DNA from: Gammaproteobacteria bacterium
GTDB taxonomy: Bacteria > Pseudomonadota > Gammaproteobacteria > Pseudomonadales > Pseudohongiellaceae
DNA: 64,000 bases
NCBI GenBank assembly: GCA_024639905.1
Contig: JAHEGE010000008.1
Location: forward strand, 12,023 to 76,022
Reading direction: 5' to 3'
A program made the position numbers and the translations under genes. The notes below the pieces were generated by a model. That model did no database searches. It had not been told where the DNA came from and saw only the letters and a list, made by a program, of their open reading frames with translations. Below, in pieces: positions 9,463 through 19,365 of the stretch (position 1 is the stretch's first letter; the number at the start of each line of letters is the position of its first letter).

Positions 9463-9894
9463 CTATCCATAAACCAGCTTGGCGCGATCAACGAGTGTGT
9501 CGACAAGGCTGTTTGCTGCACCGCTCACGAGTTTTCCCACCGTCATGTCTAGCAACGAATTGCTGAAGGCAAAACTCATTTCGAACCGCACTTTGCAGGC
9601 ACTCTCGGTGAGCGAGTCGAAATACCACACCGCCGAAAAATGAGAGAAATTGCCTTCCTGCAGCTGCATATCGATAGACTTTGGCGCATCGAGTACATTG
9701 CGCGTCGTGAAGGTTTGCGTAATGCCCGCCTTCGCCAGGCTCAACTCACCAACCATCTCGGTTGGCGACGAAGACACTACCCGCGCCGCTCGGCAGCCCT
9801 GCATGAATTGTGGATACTGCTCGATATCGTTAACGAGGTCGAACATTTGCTGTGCCGAATAGCCGATAAGTGCGCTACGTGAAATCTGTGCCAT
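9463..9894 (-). CDS. ratA: SRPBCC/RatA family ribosome-association toxin (Coq10-like)
   Basis: 143 aa, MAQISRSALIGYSAQQMFDLVNDIEQYPQFMQGC..., typical YfjG/RatA. The conserved neighbourhood includes rnfH and smpB. Confidence 0.85.
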   Translation of the reverse strand: MAQISRSALIGYSAQQMFDLVNDIEQYPQFMQGCRAARVVSSSPTEMVGELSLAKAGITQTFTTRNVLDAPKSIDMQLQEGNFSHFSAVWYFDSLTESACKVRFEMSFAFSNSLLDMTVGKLVSGAANSLVDTLVDRAKLVYG

Positions 9895-9897
9895 CGT

Positions 9898-11301
9898 CTA
9901 AAAGTAGATCTGCGATACAGTGCTAACGAACACCGCGAATAACACTAGGGGTATTACCGTGCCCAAAGCAAAATTCATGTAGCGCTGAAGCAACGAGCCT
10001 TCGTAGCTGTCATCGCCAATCACCAGTTCCGATGTCAGCCCACTCATCTTCCAGCGATACGCCGTAAACAAGCACACCGTAAAGCCCACCAGTGGCAAGA
10101 TAGTCTCGTAGAACACGTCATACACCACGTCGAAGAAGGATTTGCTCATCCCGCCATAGCTCGTAAAGCCGGTGAAGAATTCCGACATGCCGAACGACAG
10201 CGTCGCCGGGATCGCAAATACCGTTAACAGACAAGCCTGCGTAATCACCGCCTTGCGGCGCGACATCTTGTACTCGTCTATCCAATAAGAGATGGGTATT
10301 TCAATGATCGACACCAGCGAGGTGAGCGCGGCAAAAAACACGAGCAGGAAGAACACAATCGCCACAACAGAGGCGCCGAGATACCCCACCGCCGCCTGCA
10401 TAGACAGGAAGATTTTTGGCAAAAACGAGAAGATCAGGCCGACGCTGCTAGTCGAGAGATCGTCGGTATTCGTGCTTGGGTCAAACGCGAAAATAGCCGG
10501 CAGAATGAGCAGGCCGGCGAAGAACGCAATGCTCGTATCCATTACCGCCACCATGCGCGCAGAACCCGGAATGCTGTCTTCGCGGCTAAAGTAGGAGCCG
10601 TAGGTAATCAGTATGCCCATACCAAGAGAAAGGGAGAAAAATGCCTGACTCAGCGCGCCATTAACCGTCGATAGATTCATCTTCGAAAAATCGGGTATGA
10701 GATAGTAGGCGATGCCGGCGCTTGCGCCATCGAGTGTGAGGACGAAAAGAGTGAGCGCAACTAGCATTACCGCAAGCGTTGGCATTAACACCCGCGCAAG
10801 ACGCTCGATCCCGCCTTTTACGCCCCCAGATAGAATCAGAAATACGCCTATAAGCAGCGCAATGGCATAGCCGAACAGCGACGGCGCAGCGACGATTTCG
10901 CCGAACGTCGCCTCCTGTGATAACCGCTCTAGCCCTCCCGAGGCTAGCTCCTTGAGATACACCACCAACCACACGGTGATCACCGTATAGAACACTGCGA
11001 TCATGAAGGGCGTGATGATGGCCAACATGCCAGTCAGCCGCCACTTGGCCGAGCCACCCGCGATGGTATCGAATGCACCTACTGGATTAAGTTTAGAGCG
11101 TCTGCCCATGGCGATCTCAGCCATCATCACTGGGTAGCAAATGAAGGCCACAAAGAGCAGATAGATAATCAGGAAAGCGGCGCCACCGTTCTTCGACGCC
11201 ATGACCGGGAAGGCGACGAGATTGCCAAGCCCCACCGCCGAGCCGGCGGCCGCGAGGATAAATCCCAATTTGGAGCTGAACTGTCCGCGTGCTTGCGCCA
11301 T
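9898..11301 (-). CDS. Sodium-dependent transporter, neurotransmitter:sodium symporter (SNF) family
   Basis: N-terminus FSSKLGFILAAAGSAVGLGNLVAFP and about 11-12 hydrophobic segments. The internal ATG at 11301 is preferred. Confidence 0.9.
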   Translation of the reverse strand: MAQARGQFSSKLGFILAAAGSAVGLGNLVAFPVMASKNGGAAFLIIYLLFVAFICYPVMMAEIAMGRRSKLNPVGAFDTIAGGSAKWRLTGMLAIITPFMIAVFYTVITVWLVVYLKELASGGLERLSQEATFGEIVAAPSLFGYAIALLIGVFLILSGGVKGGIERLARVLMPTLAVMLVALTLFVLTLDGASAGIAYYLIPDFSKMNLSTVNGALSQAFFSLSLGMGILITYGSYFSREDSIPGSARMVAVMDTSIAFFAGLLILPAIFAFDPSTNTDDLSTSSVGLIFSFLPKIFLSMQAAVGYLGASVVAIVFFLLVFFAALTSLVSIIEIPISYWIDEYKMSRRKAVITQACLLTVFAIPATLSFGMSEFFTGFTSYGGMSKSFFDVVYDVFYETILPLVGFTVCLFTAYRWKMSGLTSELVIGDDSYEGSLLQRYMNFALGTVIPLVLFAVFVSTVSQIYF

Positions 11302-11491
11302 GGAATCCCCTTCCTTGGAGGCAGCTATGCTGCCGAGGTGCGTCACTAAGACGCTGTTTTTCTTGTTAAAGGCAGCATTGATGAGGGCCGCTGATGAGTC
11401 GAGATTCTAGCAGCGGCTCTGGGGTAGCACAATGCAGCCGCACGCGATGATTAGCGAGCTAGCGCCACAGGGAAGCTGCTATACTCCGCAC

Positions 11492-11971
11492 ATGGCAAAG
11501 AAAAAATCCAATCTCCCCGACGGCACCATCGCGATCAACAAGAAGGCGAAACACGATTACTTCCTCGAAGAGAGCTTCGAGGCGGGTGTCGTGCTCGAGG
11601 GCTGGGAAGTCAAAAGCCTGCGCATGAAAAAAGTGCAGCTTATCGACAGCTATGTGCTGCTCAAAGACGGCGAGGCGTTCTTACTTGGCTGCCAAGTGAC
11701 ACCGCTAGACACTGCGAGCACCCATGTGATCGCCGACCCCACCCGTATCAAAAAGCTCCTGCTGCATAGCAAGCAGCTCGCCAAGCTGTTCGCCACTGTG
11801 CATCAAAAGGGCCACACCTGCATCGCCGTAAAGCTCTATTGGAAGGGCCATCTGGTGAAATGCCAGATCGCGCTGGCAAAGGGCAAGCAAGACCACGATA
11901 AGCGCGCAACAGAGAAAGACCGCGAGTGGGCCGTGGACAAGCAGCGCATCGTACGCCAGGCCAATCGCTAG
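11492..11971 (+). CDS. smpB: SsrA-binding protein SmpB
   Basis: [44 protein letters not shown]... is the canonical SmpB N-terminus. tmRNA lies immediately downstream. Confidence 0.95.
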   Translation: MAKKKSNLPDGTIAINKKAKHDYFLEESFEAGVVLEGWEVKSLRMKKVQLIDSYVLLKDGEAFLLGCQVTPLDTASTHVIADPTRIKKLLLHSKQLAKLFATVHQKGHTCIAVKLYWKGHLVKCQIALAKGKQDHDKRATEKDREWAVDKQRIVRQANR

Positions 11972-12053
11972 CGCGCGGGAAGCGCCTACCATCACATCTA
12001 GCAGTAATACCGGTTCGTTGATTCAGACGATCCGTGCTATTGTATTCACATCT

Positions 12054-12414
12054 GGGGGCGATTCGGATTCGACGCCGGTATCAACACCTTAGGTGCATGC
12101 CGAGAGGGTAGTAACTCTCGTTAATCAATTACTGCAACTTTATAGTTGCCAACGACGATAGCTACGCCCTAGCAGCCTAACCGCTTGCTAGCGATTACCG
12201 CCGGGATGCCCGTAAACTGGTATTTGGTAATCGTCATCTAGAACGGGATCGCCAGTGGAACGCGCTTGACGTGAAGCGGCTAAATAGTATCAAGCTCGCC
12301 CAAATCACCCTGCCCGTCGGGCCGATACGGGTTAACTTAATAGACGACGCTATGCATGTAGAGCCGAAGGCAGCGAACTGACGGACGGGGGTTCAACTCC
12401 CCCCGCCTCCACCA
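12054..12414 (+). ncRNA. ssrA: Transfer-messenger RNA (tmRNA, SsrA)
   Basis: 5' GGGGGCGATTCGGATTCGACG and 3' GGACGGGGGTTCAACTCCCCCCGCCTCCACCA (tRNA-Ala-like acceptor / T-arm). The tag frame at 12148-12180, GCC AAC GAC GAT AGC TAC GCC CTA GCA GCC TAA, encodes ANDDSYALAA. Confidence 0.95.
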
Positions 12415-12663
12415 CTTTTTCCTCTCTTACGCCTGCCGACTGGCGCGGGGATACGCCCGATCGACAAAGCGACCCAGTTTCGGATCGTTACCGGAGAGGT
12501 GCCGCGGATACACGGCGTGAATCACCTACGAGGCCGCCAGCCTAAACCCGAGAGTGATACCTGCCTCGCCGATCTGAATAGGCCTTTTAGCCTTGGCAAT
12601 GTACTCCCTTTGAACACAGTGCAGTTGAGTTAAAATAGCCCCAGCTAATTCGAGACTCCACCC

Positions 12664-13443
12664 ATGCTCCTAGAAAAATGGCCCGCGCCGCTGCGTTCCG
12701 CACTATTCAAAATACTCGGCGTTAACTGGTCTCACCGATTCCTTAACTCGCTCGCTGAAGACAAGCCGTCGAAGCAGGTCATGCTCGAGCGGATATTCGC
12801 GCGTAATAATTTCGACGTTAAAGTGACCGGTGAGGAAAAAATACCACAGGGTCATGGCTGCGTTTTTGCGAGCAATCATCCCCATGGCCTTTTCGATGGG
12901 CTTGGGGCTATCTGGCTTGGCTGCAAATACGGCTACGACAGCCGAGCGATGGGTAGGCACTTTCTCTCGGTGTTCGAACCGATTCGCGATTGGTTCCTGC
13001 TGCTCAAAGTCGATGAGGCGCGGCGCGGGCAGGCGAGCAAACAGCTGGTTCAAGAGGCGGCTGGGTTTATCAAGGATGGCGGCAGTTTGGTAATGACTCC
13101 CGCGGCGCGGGTCGGGGTGTCGCGGCCACTGTGGTCTCCGGCACAAGACCTGCCCTGGAAGCCGGGCGTGGTTCGTTTCGCCTGTGCAGCGCAAGCACCG
13201 ATCGTGTTGATGTATATCGACGTGAATCATTCCATCGCGAGGCAGGTGGGACAGTGGCTGCACGGCGTGGTGCGCGCACTAATGCAGGTGTGGGCCTATC
13301 GCTTCGGCCGCTCGCTTAAACTGCACATGCACGTGTTGGACATAGTGTATCCGCAGCAGCTGCCCGAGGGCAGCGCGAAGCAGAAAACCGCGTGGCTGCA
13401 GGCGCATTTTGAAAAGCTGGCGGCGCAGGTAGTTAAGACTTAG
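12664..13443 (+). CDS. Lysophospholipid acyltransferase (PlsC-like) family protein
   Basis: 259 aa with a FASNHPHGLFDG acyltransferase-type block. No closer assignment is possible. Confidence 0.7.
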   Translation: MLLEKWPAPLRSALFKILGVNWSHRFLNSLAEDKPSKQVMLERIFARNNFDVKVTGEEKIPQGHGCVFASNHPHGLFDGLGAIWLGCKYGYDSRAMGRHFLSVFEPIRDWFLLLKVDEARRGQASKQLVQEAAGFIKDGGSLVMTPAARVGVSRPLWSPAQDLPWKPGVVRFACAAQAPIVLMYIDVNHSIARQVGQWLHGVVRALMQVWAYRFGRSLKLHMHVLDIVYPQQLPEGSAKQKTAWLQAHFEKLAAQVVKT

Positions 13444-14351
13444 CCGACTGCGGCTGCGGGCATTGCGGCTCCGCGAGACCAGAATAGCGACAGCGCTAAG
13501 CCGCTCACCAAATGCCACACGCCCCAAAACGCGGTGATAATCATCATGCCGCCCAGCTCTGGGAAAAAGTTAAAGACGATAATCAAGCCCAGTCCGGAGT
13601 TTTGTATCCCTACTTCAAGGGTCACCGCTTTGACTTTGTCGTACTCAAGCTTTGCAGCGCGCGCGCACGCGTAGCCGATGAGCAAAGCCACGGCATTATG
13701 CAGCACGACCAGGCCGAAGAAGTACTGGGCATAGTCCAGGAACAGCTCGCCGTTGGCGCTGAATGCGATAACAACGAATGTTAAGAACAGCAGCATCGAC
13801 AGCCAGCGAAACGGCTTGTCGGCCTTGTTCACGAACGCGGGGTTCTTCTGGCCCACGTAAACGCCCAGCACCAGGGGCACCACGAGCACCATAAAGATCA
13901 GCCGCATGACTTCGCTCGGGGCAACGGCGATGTTGGCAAGAAGGCTGCTCGTCTCAGGATTTAGACTGGCATAAAAAGCAAAATTCAATGGCGTGAATAC
14001 CAGCGCGGCTAAAGTTGAGACACCGGTCATAGAGACAGACGTGGGCAGATGTCCCCGCGCAAGCCACGTCATGATGTTGGAGAAACTGCCGCCAGGGCAG
14101 GACGCCACCAGTATCATACCCAGCACGATTGAAGCATCGACCTCAAGCAGTCGGGTTAGCGCATAGGTGAGCAATGGCAGAAGCAAGAACTGACAAACCA
14201 GTCCGAGTAAAGCCGCCTTGGGCGCGCTACTCATCGCCCTAAAGTCTGACCAGCGCACGGAAAGCGAGGCGCCAAACATCATCAGCGCTAGCAACGCATT
14301 GAGCAGCAGGAATGAATCGGGGTCGAAGTTTATCCGCAACGAATCTAACAA
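13440..14351 (-). CDS. Bile acid:sodium symporter (BASS) family transporter
   Basis: 303 aa polytopic membrane protein with SCPGGSFSNIMT... and LEVGIQNSGLGL motifs typical of the BASS/SBF family. Confidence 0.85.
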   Translation of the reverse strand: MLDSLRINFDPDSFLLLNALLALMMFGASLSVRWSDFRAMSSAPKAALLGLVCQFLLLPLLTYALTRLLEVDASIVLGMILVASCPGGSFSNIMTWLARGHLPTSVSMTGVSTLAALVFTPLNFAFYASLNPETSSLLANIAVAPSEVMRLIFMVLVVPLVLGVYVGQKNPAFVNKADKPFRWLSMLLFLTFVVIAFSANGELFLDYAQYFFGLVVLHNAVALLIGYACARAAKLEYDKVKAVTLEVGIQNSGLGLIIVFNFFPELGGMMIITAFWGVWHLVSGLALSLFWSRGAAMPAAAVG

Positions 14352-14369
14352 GCTTTTATCCTATTCTTA

Positions 14370-14405
14370 GAAAAGGGATGGGAAAAGGTGTCAGATCCCT
14401 TTTCC
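14370..14405. repeat. ~35-bp hairpin-forming repeat, copy 1 (inverted relative to copy 2)
   Basis: GAAAAGGGATGGGAAAAGGTGTCAGATCCCTTTTCC contains the stem GGAAAAGG/CCTTTTCC. The reverse complement of 14852-14887 aligns with about 80% identity. Confidence 0.5.
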
Positions 14406-14412
14406 ACTCTCT

Positions 14413-14829
14413 CTATTCGACGGCGTCAAGCCGCAAGAATCGCCGCGGCGGAAATCCTGTCCTGAAGCGAAACCCCAGTGGCATCTGGTAGTTTTCCTTC
14501 ACCATCGCCAGCTCGGAGCCCATTGGCACGACGGCGACATAGGGCTCGAAGAGGTTATCCATCTTTACCTCAATCTCAGGTGTTGCCAGCGCCTGCCGGT
14601 ACCACGCGCGCGGCCAATGCTGGGCGGCGATGTAGTTCTCGCCATCGATCTTGGTTAGCCGCACGACTCGCTCATGACGCTCGCCATCATCGAAGGTCGC
14701 GATGACGATTGTGGAGCCGCCTTGGGGCTGCAGATAGCCCAGGCGCGCCTCTGCATAGGCCACGTAGCCTGCATAGATCACCAGCAATCCACAGAGTCCA
14801 ATGAGTGTCCAGCGTGTCAGTTTTCTCAT
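14413..14829 (-). CDS. Hypothetical membrane-anchored protein (138 aa)
   Basis: One N-terminal TM segment (WTLIGLCGLLVIYAGYVAY). No family recognised with confidence. Confidence 0.5.
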   Translation of the reverse strand: MRKLTRWTLIGLCGLLVIYAGYVAYAEARLGYLQPQGGSTIVIATFDDGERHERVVRLTKIDGENYIAAQHWPRAWYRQALATPEIEVKMDNLFEPYVAVVPMGSELAMVKENYQMPLGFRFRTGFPPRRFLRLDAVE

Positions 14830-14851
14830 AGTTATTCCCTATCCGCTTGTT

Positions 14852-14887
14852 AAAAGGGGTCTGAGCCCTTTTGGATCCCTTTCCGGG
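14852..14887. repeat. ~35-bp hairpin-forming repeat, copy 2
   Basis: AAAAGGGGTCTGAGCCCTTTTGGATCCCTTTCCGGG has the stem AAAAGGG/CCCTTTT. It is an inverted copy of 14370-14405. Confidence 0.5.
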
Positions 14888-14935
14888 TAAATCCTAGTAT
14901 CATGCGGTGCAAATTTCTACAGATGAATTACCAGC

Positions 14936-16261
14936 ATGCCAACAGCTCTCAAACCCAACACCGCCGCCCTCCTACGCCAGTCCCACAGCAACATGCCAAT
15001 GGGGGTTGCCGACAGCTACCGCTACTGGGGCGAGGACAACACCGTTTTCGTGAAAAGCAGCGAAGGCTGCACGATTACCGATGCCGACGATCAGCGCTAT
15101 GTCGACTTCCGCCTCGCCTACGGGCCGATCATCCTGGGCTATCGCGATAAACGTGTGGACGAGCAGGTGATCGCTGCGATTACCGAGCGCGGTACGATGT
15201 CAGGATTCTCGACCGACCTCGACTCGGAGGTGGTGGAGCTGGTGAAGCTGATGTGCCCGAATATCGAGAAGATGCGCTTCGCAAACTCCGGCACCGAGGC
15301 GGTGCTTGGCGCTGTGCGCACGGCGCGCGGCTTCACCGGACGCAACAAGATCGTCGTGGTCGAGGGCGGTTTTCACGGCCTATACGACGAGATGATGTGG
15401 AAATCGGATGTCGATAACTGGGACGCGACCTCGGGTCAGGCGCCGGAAGTCGCCTCGTTTGGCGCGGGCATTCCCGAGGCGAGCCGCGAGCATCTAGAAA
15501 CCGTGCCCCTGAATAGCTTCGAGGCGATAGACGAGGTGTTCACCCGCGTCGGTGACGATATCGCGGCGATCGTTATCGAGCCCATCATGGGCAACTGCGG
15601 CAGCATTTCTGCCACGCCTGAATACATGCTCAAGCTGCGCGAACTCTGCACAGAGCGCGGCGCCCTGCTCATCATGGACGAGGTTAAGACAGGCTTTCGT
15701 GTTGCCGCCGGCGGGGCGCAGGAGCTTTACGGCATGCACGCAGACCTTACCACCTACGCCAAGGCGATGGGCAATGGCTACCCCGTGGCTGCCTTCGGCG
15801 GCCGCGCCGAGGTGATGGATGTCATCGGCTTCGGCAAGCGCGGCGTGACACACGGCGGCACCTACACGGCTAATATGATCGCGCTGAGCGCCGCCAAGGC
15901 GACGCTCACGCTGCTGAATGAAACCAACGCCTACACAACGATTAATCGCACCGGCGCCGCGTTTCAGCAAGCGCTGTCTCGCGTGTTCACCAAACACGGT
16001 ATCACACACCGCTTCGCCGGGCCCGACTCGATGTTCGGCATCCACTTCGGCGACATAGTGCCGAGCAATTACCGCGACTGGAAACAGACCGACAGCGCGC
16101 TGTACACTGAGTTCGCGATGAACCTTATCAAGCACGGCGTCATGCTAGAGCCAGACTCGCGCGAGCCGTGGTTTATTTGCGAAGCTCACAAGGATGTCGA
16201 CATCGACTGGCTCGAAGGCGTGGCGGATAGGTCCATGGCCGAGGCGCTAGCGGCGCGGTAG
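14936..16261 (+). CDS. Class III (aspartate aminotransferase-fold) PLP-dependent aminotransferase, GSA-aminomutase-like
   Basis: 441 aa with GTEAV...ARGFTGRNKIVVVEGGFHG, LIMDEVKTGFR (PLP-Lys region) and THGGTY. Confidence 0.85.
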   Translation: MPTALKPNTAALLRQSHSNMPMGVADSYRYWGEDNTVFVKSSEGCTITDADDQRYVDFRLAYGPIILGYRDKRVDEQVIAAITERGTMSGFSTDLDSEVVELVKLMCPNIEKMRFANSGTEAVLGAVRTARGFTGRNKIVVVEGGFHGLYDEMMWKSDVDNWDATSGQAPEVASFGAGIPEASREHLETVPLNSFEAIDEVFTRVGDDIAAIVIEPIMGNCGSISATPEYMLKLRELCTERGALLIMDEVKTGFRVAAGGAQELYGMHADLTTYAKAMGNGYPVAAFGGRAEVMDVIGFGKRGVTHGGTYTANMIALSAAKATLTLLNETNAYTTINRTGAAFQQALSRVFTKHGITHRFAGPDSMFGIHFGDIVPSNYRDWKQTDSALYTEFAMNLIKHGVMLEPDSREPWFICEAHKDVDIDWLEGVADRSMAEALAAR

Positions 16262-16263
16262 CG

Positions 16264-17082
16264 CTACAGCGAAAACCGCTCCCGCAAGAAATGCGCAATC
16301 CCGTCTTCGTGATTGTCTCCAATCACCTTGCTCGCCGCGGCCTTGATAGCAGGCTTGGCGTTAGCTGGCGCGTAGCACTCATCAGCGAGTTCGAACATGC
16401 TGAGGTCGTTGTCGCTGTCGCCGAAGCAAATGATATTGCTCGCCCCGAGCTCGTGTTTGAGCTGCATGGTGGCCGTGCCCTTGTTGGCGAGGCAGTGATG
16501 AATATCCATCCAGCGGTACTGCCCTCCCTCCATCGCCGGTCCCGAATAGGCCACCAGGTTGGGGTTGGCGTTCACCGTCTGCCCCATACCCTCCACCAGA
16601 TCGGGTGAGCCAATCATACTGATGTTAGTGACGCTGGCATTCGCAGGCAGCGCCTCGAGCGGGAACAGCGTAGCGTGGGTCAACGAGTAATGCTTGTCGA
16701 TAAGCGTGCGTTCCACTTCGTGCTGCGGCGCTGGATGATAGATGACGTGTTCGTGATGATCGATAACATGGACGAACGGCGTGATGCCGAGCCGTGCGGT
16801 TGCGGTGAGCACAGTCTTGATCTCGTCATCGCCGAGAAGGTTATCGAGTACCAGCTGCTCACTCTGCGGGTTCCAGATAGTGACGCCGTTATTGTAAACC
16901 TGCGGCAGACTGAAATCGGACTCGCCGATAATGGCCCTAGCGGACAGCATGGTGCGACCGGTTGCCACGGTGTAGGCGACATTCTTGTCGCGCATCAGGG
17001 CGAGGGTTTCGCGGGTAAAGACTGAAATCTGCGAGGAATTATTCAGCAGAGTGCCGTCTAGGTCGAAAAATACTAGGTCCAT
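16264..17082 (-). CDS. Cof-type HAD-IIB family phosphatase
   Basis: MDLVFFDLDGTLL (DxDGT), ...TGRT..., and C-terminal FGDSDNDLSMF. Confidence 0.85.
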   Translation of the reverse strand: MDLVFFDLDGTLLNNSSQISVFTRETLALMRDKNVAYTVATGRTMLSARAIIGESDFSLPQVYNNGVTIWNPQSEQLVLDNLLGDDEIKTVLTATARLGITPFVHVIDHHEHVIYHPAPQHEVERTLIDKHYSLTHATLFPLEALPANASVTNISMIGSPDLVEGMGQTVNANPNLVAYSGPAMEGGQYRWMDIHHCLANKGTATMQLKHELGASNIICFGDSDNDLSMFELADECYAPANAKPAIKAAASKVIGDNHEDGIAHFLRERFSL

Positions 17083-17231
17083 TGAATATCCATGAATCGG
17101 TCTGAGCGTCTGTCACTCTTCGGTAGCGCAATCTTGTTTAGTCGCCTTCGTTAGCGTCATTGACAGCGTGCGGACAACGCGCCTCTCCGAGGATAAAACG
17201 GGAGGGCGCGCGCCTTAGATCAGCTACAGAT

Positions 17232-18359
17232 TTACTTCTGAGGGCAAACCAAGAACTTCTGCCCTGTCGCCTTCGCGTTGTACTGTTTCATCACCTCACT
17301 ATCGAGCGCGTCGGTAAGGGAGATCTCGTGCGTGTAGTGGCTCGCGAACGTGGTCTTCAATTCACTGGCGACGCGGGCGCGCAGGCGACCAGCGACTTCC
17401 ATACCCGCCTTGGCGAGGAAGTTTGGCAGCAGCCAGCCGCCCACGCCCCACGCCATGCCGTAGCCGCGATTAAGCGTCGTTGCCGACGTATCGAGACCGC
17501 CATAGAGATAAACTTGTTTGTGCTTAACCGAGCCATAGATGCTGTAGGCGCCGGGCGTGCGCGCTGCCGCGGCTTCCATCGCCGACAGGATCGATGACGC
17601 TAGCGTGCCGCCGCCGGTTGCATCGAACGCAAGCGTTGCACCAGTCGCGTGAATCGCATCGGTGAGATCCGCCATAAACGTCTCAGCGCTGCTGTTCACT
17701 ACATACTTGGCACCCATGTCTTTAAGCAGCTGAGCCTGTTCGTCTTTACGCACGATGTTAACCAGATCCACGCCGTCGTCTTTACAAATACGATTAAGCA
17801 TCTGACCCAGGTTCGACGCAGCGGCAGTGTGCACGAGCGCGGTATGGCCTTCGCTTTTCATTGTTTCGATCATGCACAGCGCGGTCAGCGGATTGACGAA
17901 GCACGACGCGCCGTCCTTCGCGGTATGACCCTCTTGCAAGGGCAGGCAGGCCGCCGCATCGACACAGCGATACTGGCCGTACATGCCACCACCCATCGCT
18001 GCAACCACCTTGCCGTCGAGGCTCTTCGCGTAATCGCCCGATCCGGTCGCAACAACAGTGCCCGCCCCTTCGTTACCGATAGGTAGCGATTGGCCGACGC
18101 GTGCCGCCATCACCTTCATACCAGCCTCAGACACCGGCGCAGCGAGCACTGTGTCGTTGCCGCTACCTGCAGTTTTCGCGTTTGCCATATCGGCCCAGCC
18201 AAACATGACACCGAGATCTGAAGGATTAATAGGTGTCGCTTCAACGCGAATCACGACCTGATTCTCGCCCGGCGTTGGCATCTCTATCTCTTTCATTTCT
18301 AGGCGCAGTTCGCCTTCTGTGGTGAGGGTGGAGAAAAGTTGCTGGTAGCTTGTCGTCAT
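17232..18359 (-). CDS. Medium-chain dehydrogenase/reductase (quinone oxidoreductase-like) family protein
   Basis: 375 aa with VVIRVEATPINPSD, ...GNEGAGTVV and a Rossmann segment HTAAASNLGQML. Confidence 0.8.
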   Translation of the reverse strand: MTTSYQQLFSTLTTEGELRLEMKEIEMPTPGENQVVIRVEATPINPSDLGVMFGWADMANAKTAGSGNDTVLAAPVSEAGMKVMAARVGQSLPIGNEGAGTVVATGSGDYAKSLDGKVVAAMGGGMYGQYRCVDAAACLPLQEGHTAKDGASCFVNPLTALCMIETMKSEGHTALVHTAAASNLGQMLNRICKDDGVDLVNIVRKDEQAQLLKDMGAKYVVNSSAETFMADLTDAIHATGATLAFDATGGGTLASSILSAMEAAAARTPGAYSIYGSVKHKQVYLYGGLDTSATTLNRGYGMAWGVGGWLLPNFLAKAGMEVAGRLRARVASELKTTFASHYTHEISLTDALDSEVMKQYNAKATGQKFLVCPQK

Positions 18360-18441
18360 GCGGATTTCCTTTGAACTGCACTGTGTGCTGCGAGAGATAA
18401 GGTGAAATGAGCGTTAAAATCGATGGGGCATTTAAGCATAC

Positions 18442-19365
18442 TTACAACGGCAATCGTAAACCTTCGTGTGCAATGTTGTACCCTGCCTCGCGCACGCGGC
18501 GGTGCTGCGGGCTACTGTCATCTAGCAGCGGATTGCTGTGATTCATATGAATGAAAAAGACCTTGCTACGCTCCTCTGGAGTGAGCTCGTCGAACAGCGC
18601 CATGCTCTCCACAACAAAGGGATGGGGAATCTCAGCCATATCCCTGCCAGGTAATTCGTCTCCGTCGAAGAAGGTGGCGTCGAGTAACGCGTAGTCCACG
18701 CTGCGAATCTCGTCGACGATGCTGCGATTCCATAGCTCCCATTTGTTAATGTCTGGAATAAACAAGGCGCTGTGACGCGGACCGAATACTTTGAAACCCA
18801 CGGTTTCTGAGAACTCGTCGCGGTGCGGCACTAGCATGGGCGTGACACGGAGTACACCTAAAGGTTCAGTCTGATAATCGCGCAGCGGTTTGAGCGCGAT
18901 GTTGTCGAGCGCAACGAGCTGACTCCACGGCGCATTGGTTTCGAGAAACTCACGCATTCGGCGCATCGCAAATACCGGCAGCTTGTCGGTGTTCATCACC
19001 TCCCGCCCAAAATGCATGAGCCCCGTGTAGTGGCCAATGTGCGCATGGGTGAGGAAGACGCCCTTTAGCGCATAGTCGGAATCAGGTGCCGCGACATTTA
19101 ATTGGTACAGCTGCTCGGGCATAGAAGTTGACGCCTCGAACAGGTATTTCGCTTGGGCGCCGGGGTCGACCGCAGCGAGAGACGTCGCGCCGCGGCGCAG
19201 CGCCGGGTCTTCCCAGCCCGGCATACAGTGTTCGCGGTAGCAGCCCGCTTGCGGGTAGCCTGCATCTTGCACAACGCCGAGCACTAGCAGATAAGGCGTT
19301 TCTTGCGCACTCACTGTAGCGGCGATCATCACCAGCGCCGCCGACAGGAAAAATCGTTTAATCAT
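18442..19365 (-). CDS. Exported MBL-fold metallo-hydrolase (PqqB-like)
   Basis: Signal peptide MIKRFFLSAALVMIAATVSAQ, then LTHAHIGHYTGL (a variant of the HxHxDH block). 8-nt overlap with the upstream gene. Confidence 0.75.
   Translation of the reverse strand: MIKRFFLSAALVMIAATVSAQETPYLLVLGVVQDAGYPQAGCYREHCMPGWEDPALRRGATSLAAVDPGAQAKYLFEASTSMPEQLYQLNVAAPDSDYALKGVFLTHAHIGHYTGLMHFGREVMNTDKLPVFAMRRMREFLETNAPWSQLVALDNIALKPLRDYQTEPLGVLRVTPMLVPHRDEFSETVGFKVFGPRHSALFIPDINKWELWNRSIVDEIRSVDYALLDATFFDGDELPGRDMAEIPHPFVVESMALFDELTPEERSKVFFIHMNHSNPLLDDSSPQHRRVREAGYNIAHEGLRLPL

Noticed and set aside
12415-12663. A genomic island integrated at the 3' end of ssrA, a classic integration hotspot.
   Set aside because: There is no integrase or excisionase. 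I could not spot a direct repeat of the tmRNA 3' end. GC looks native, and the downstream genes are ordinary metabolism. An exact-repeat search is still needed.
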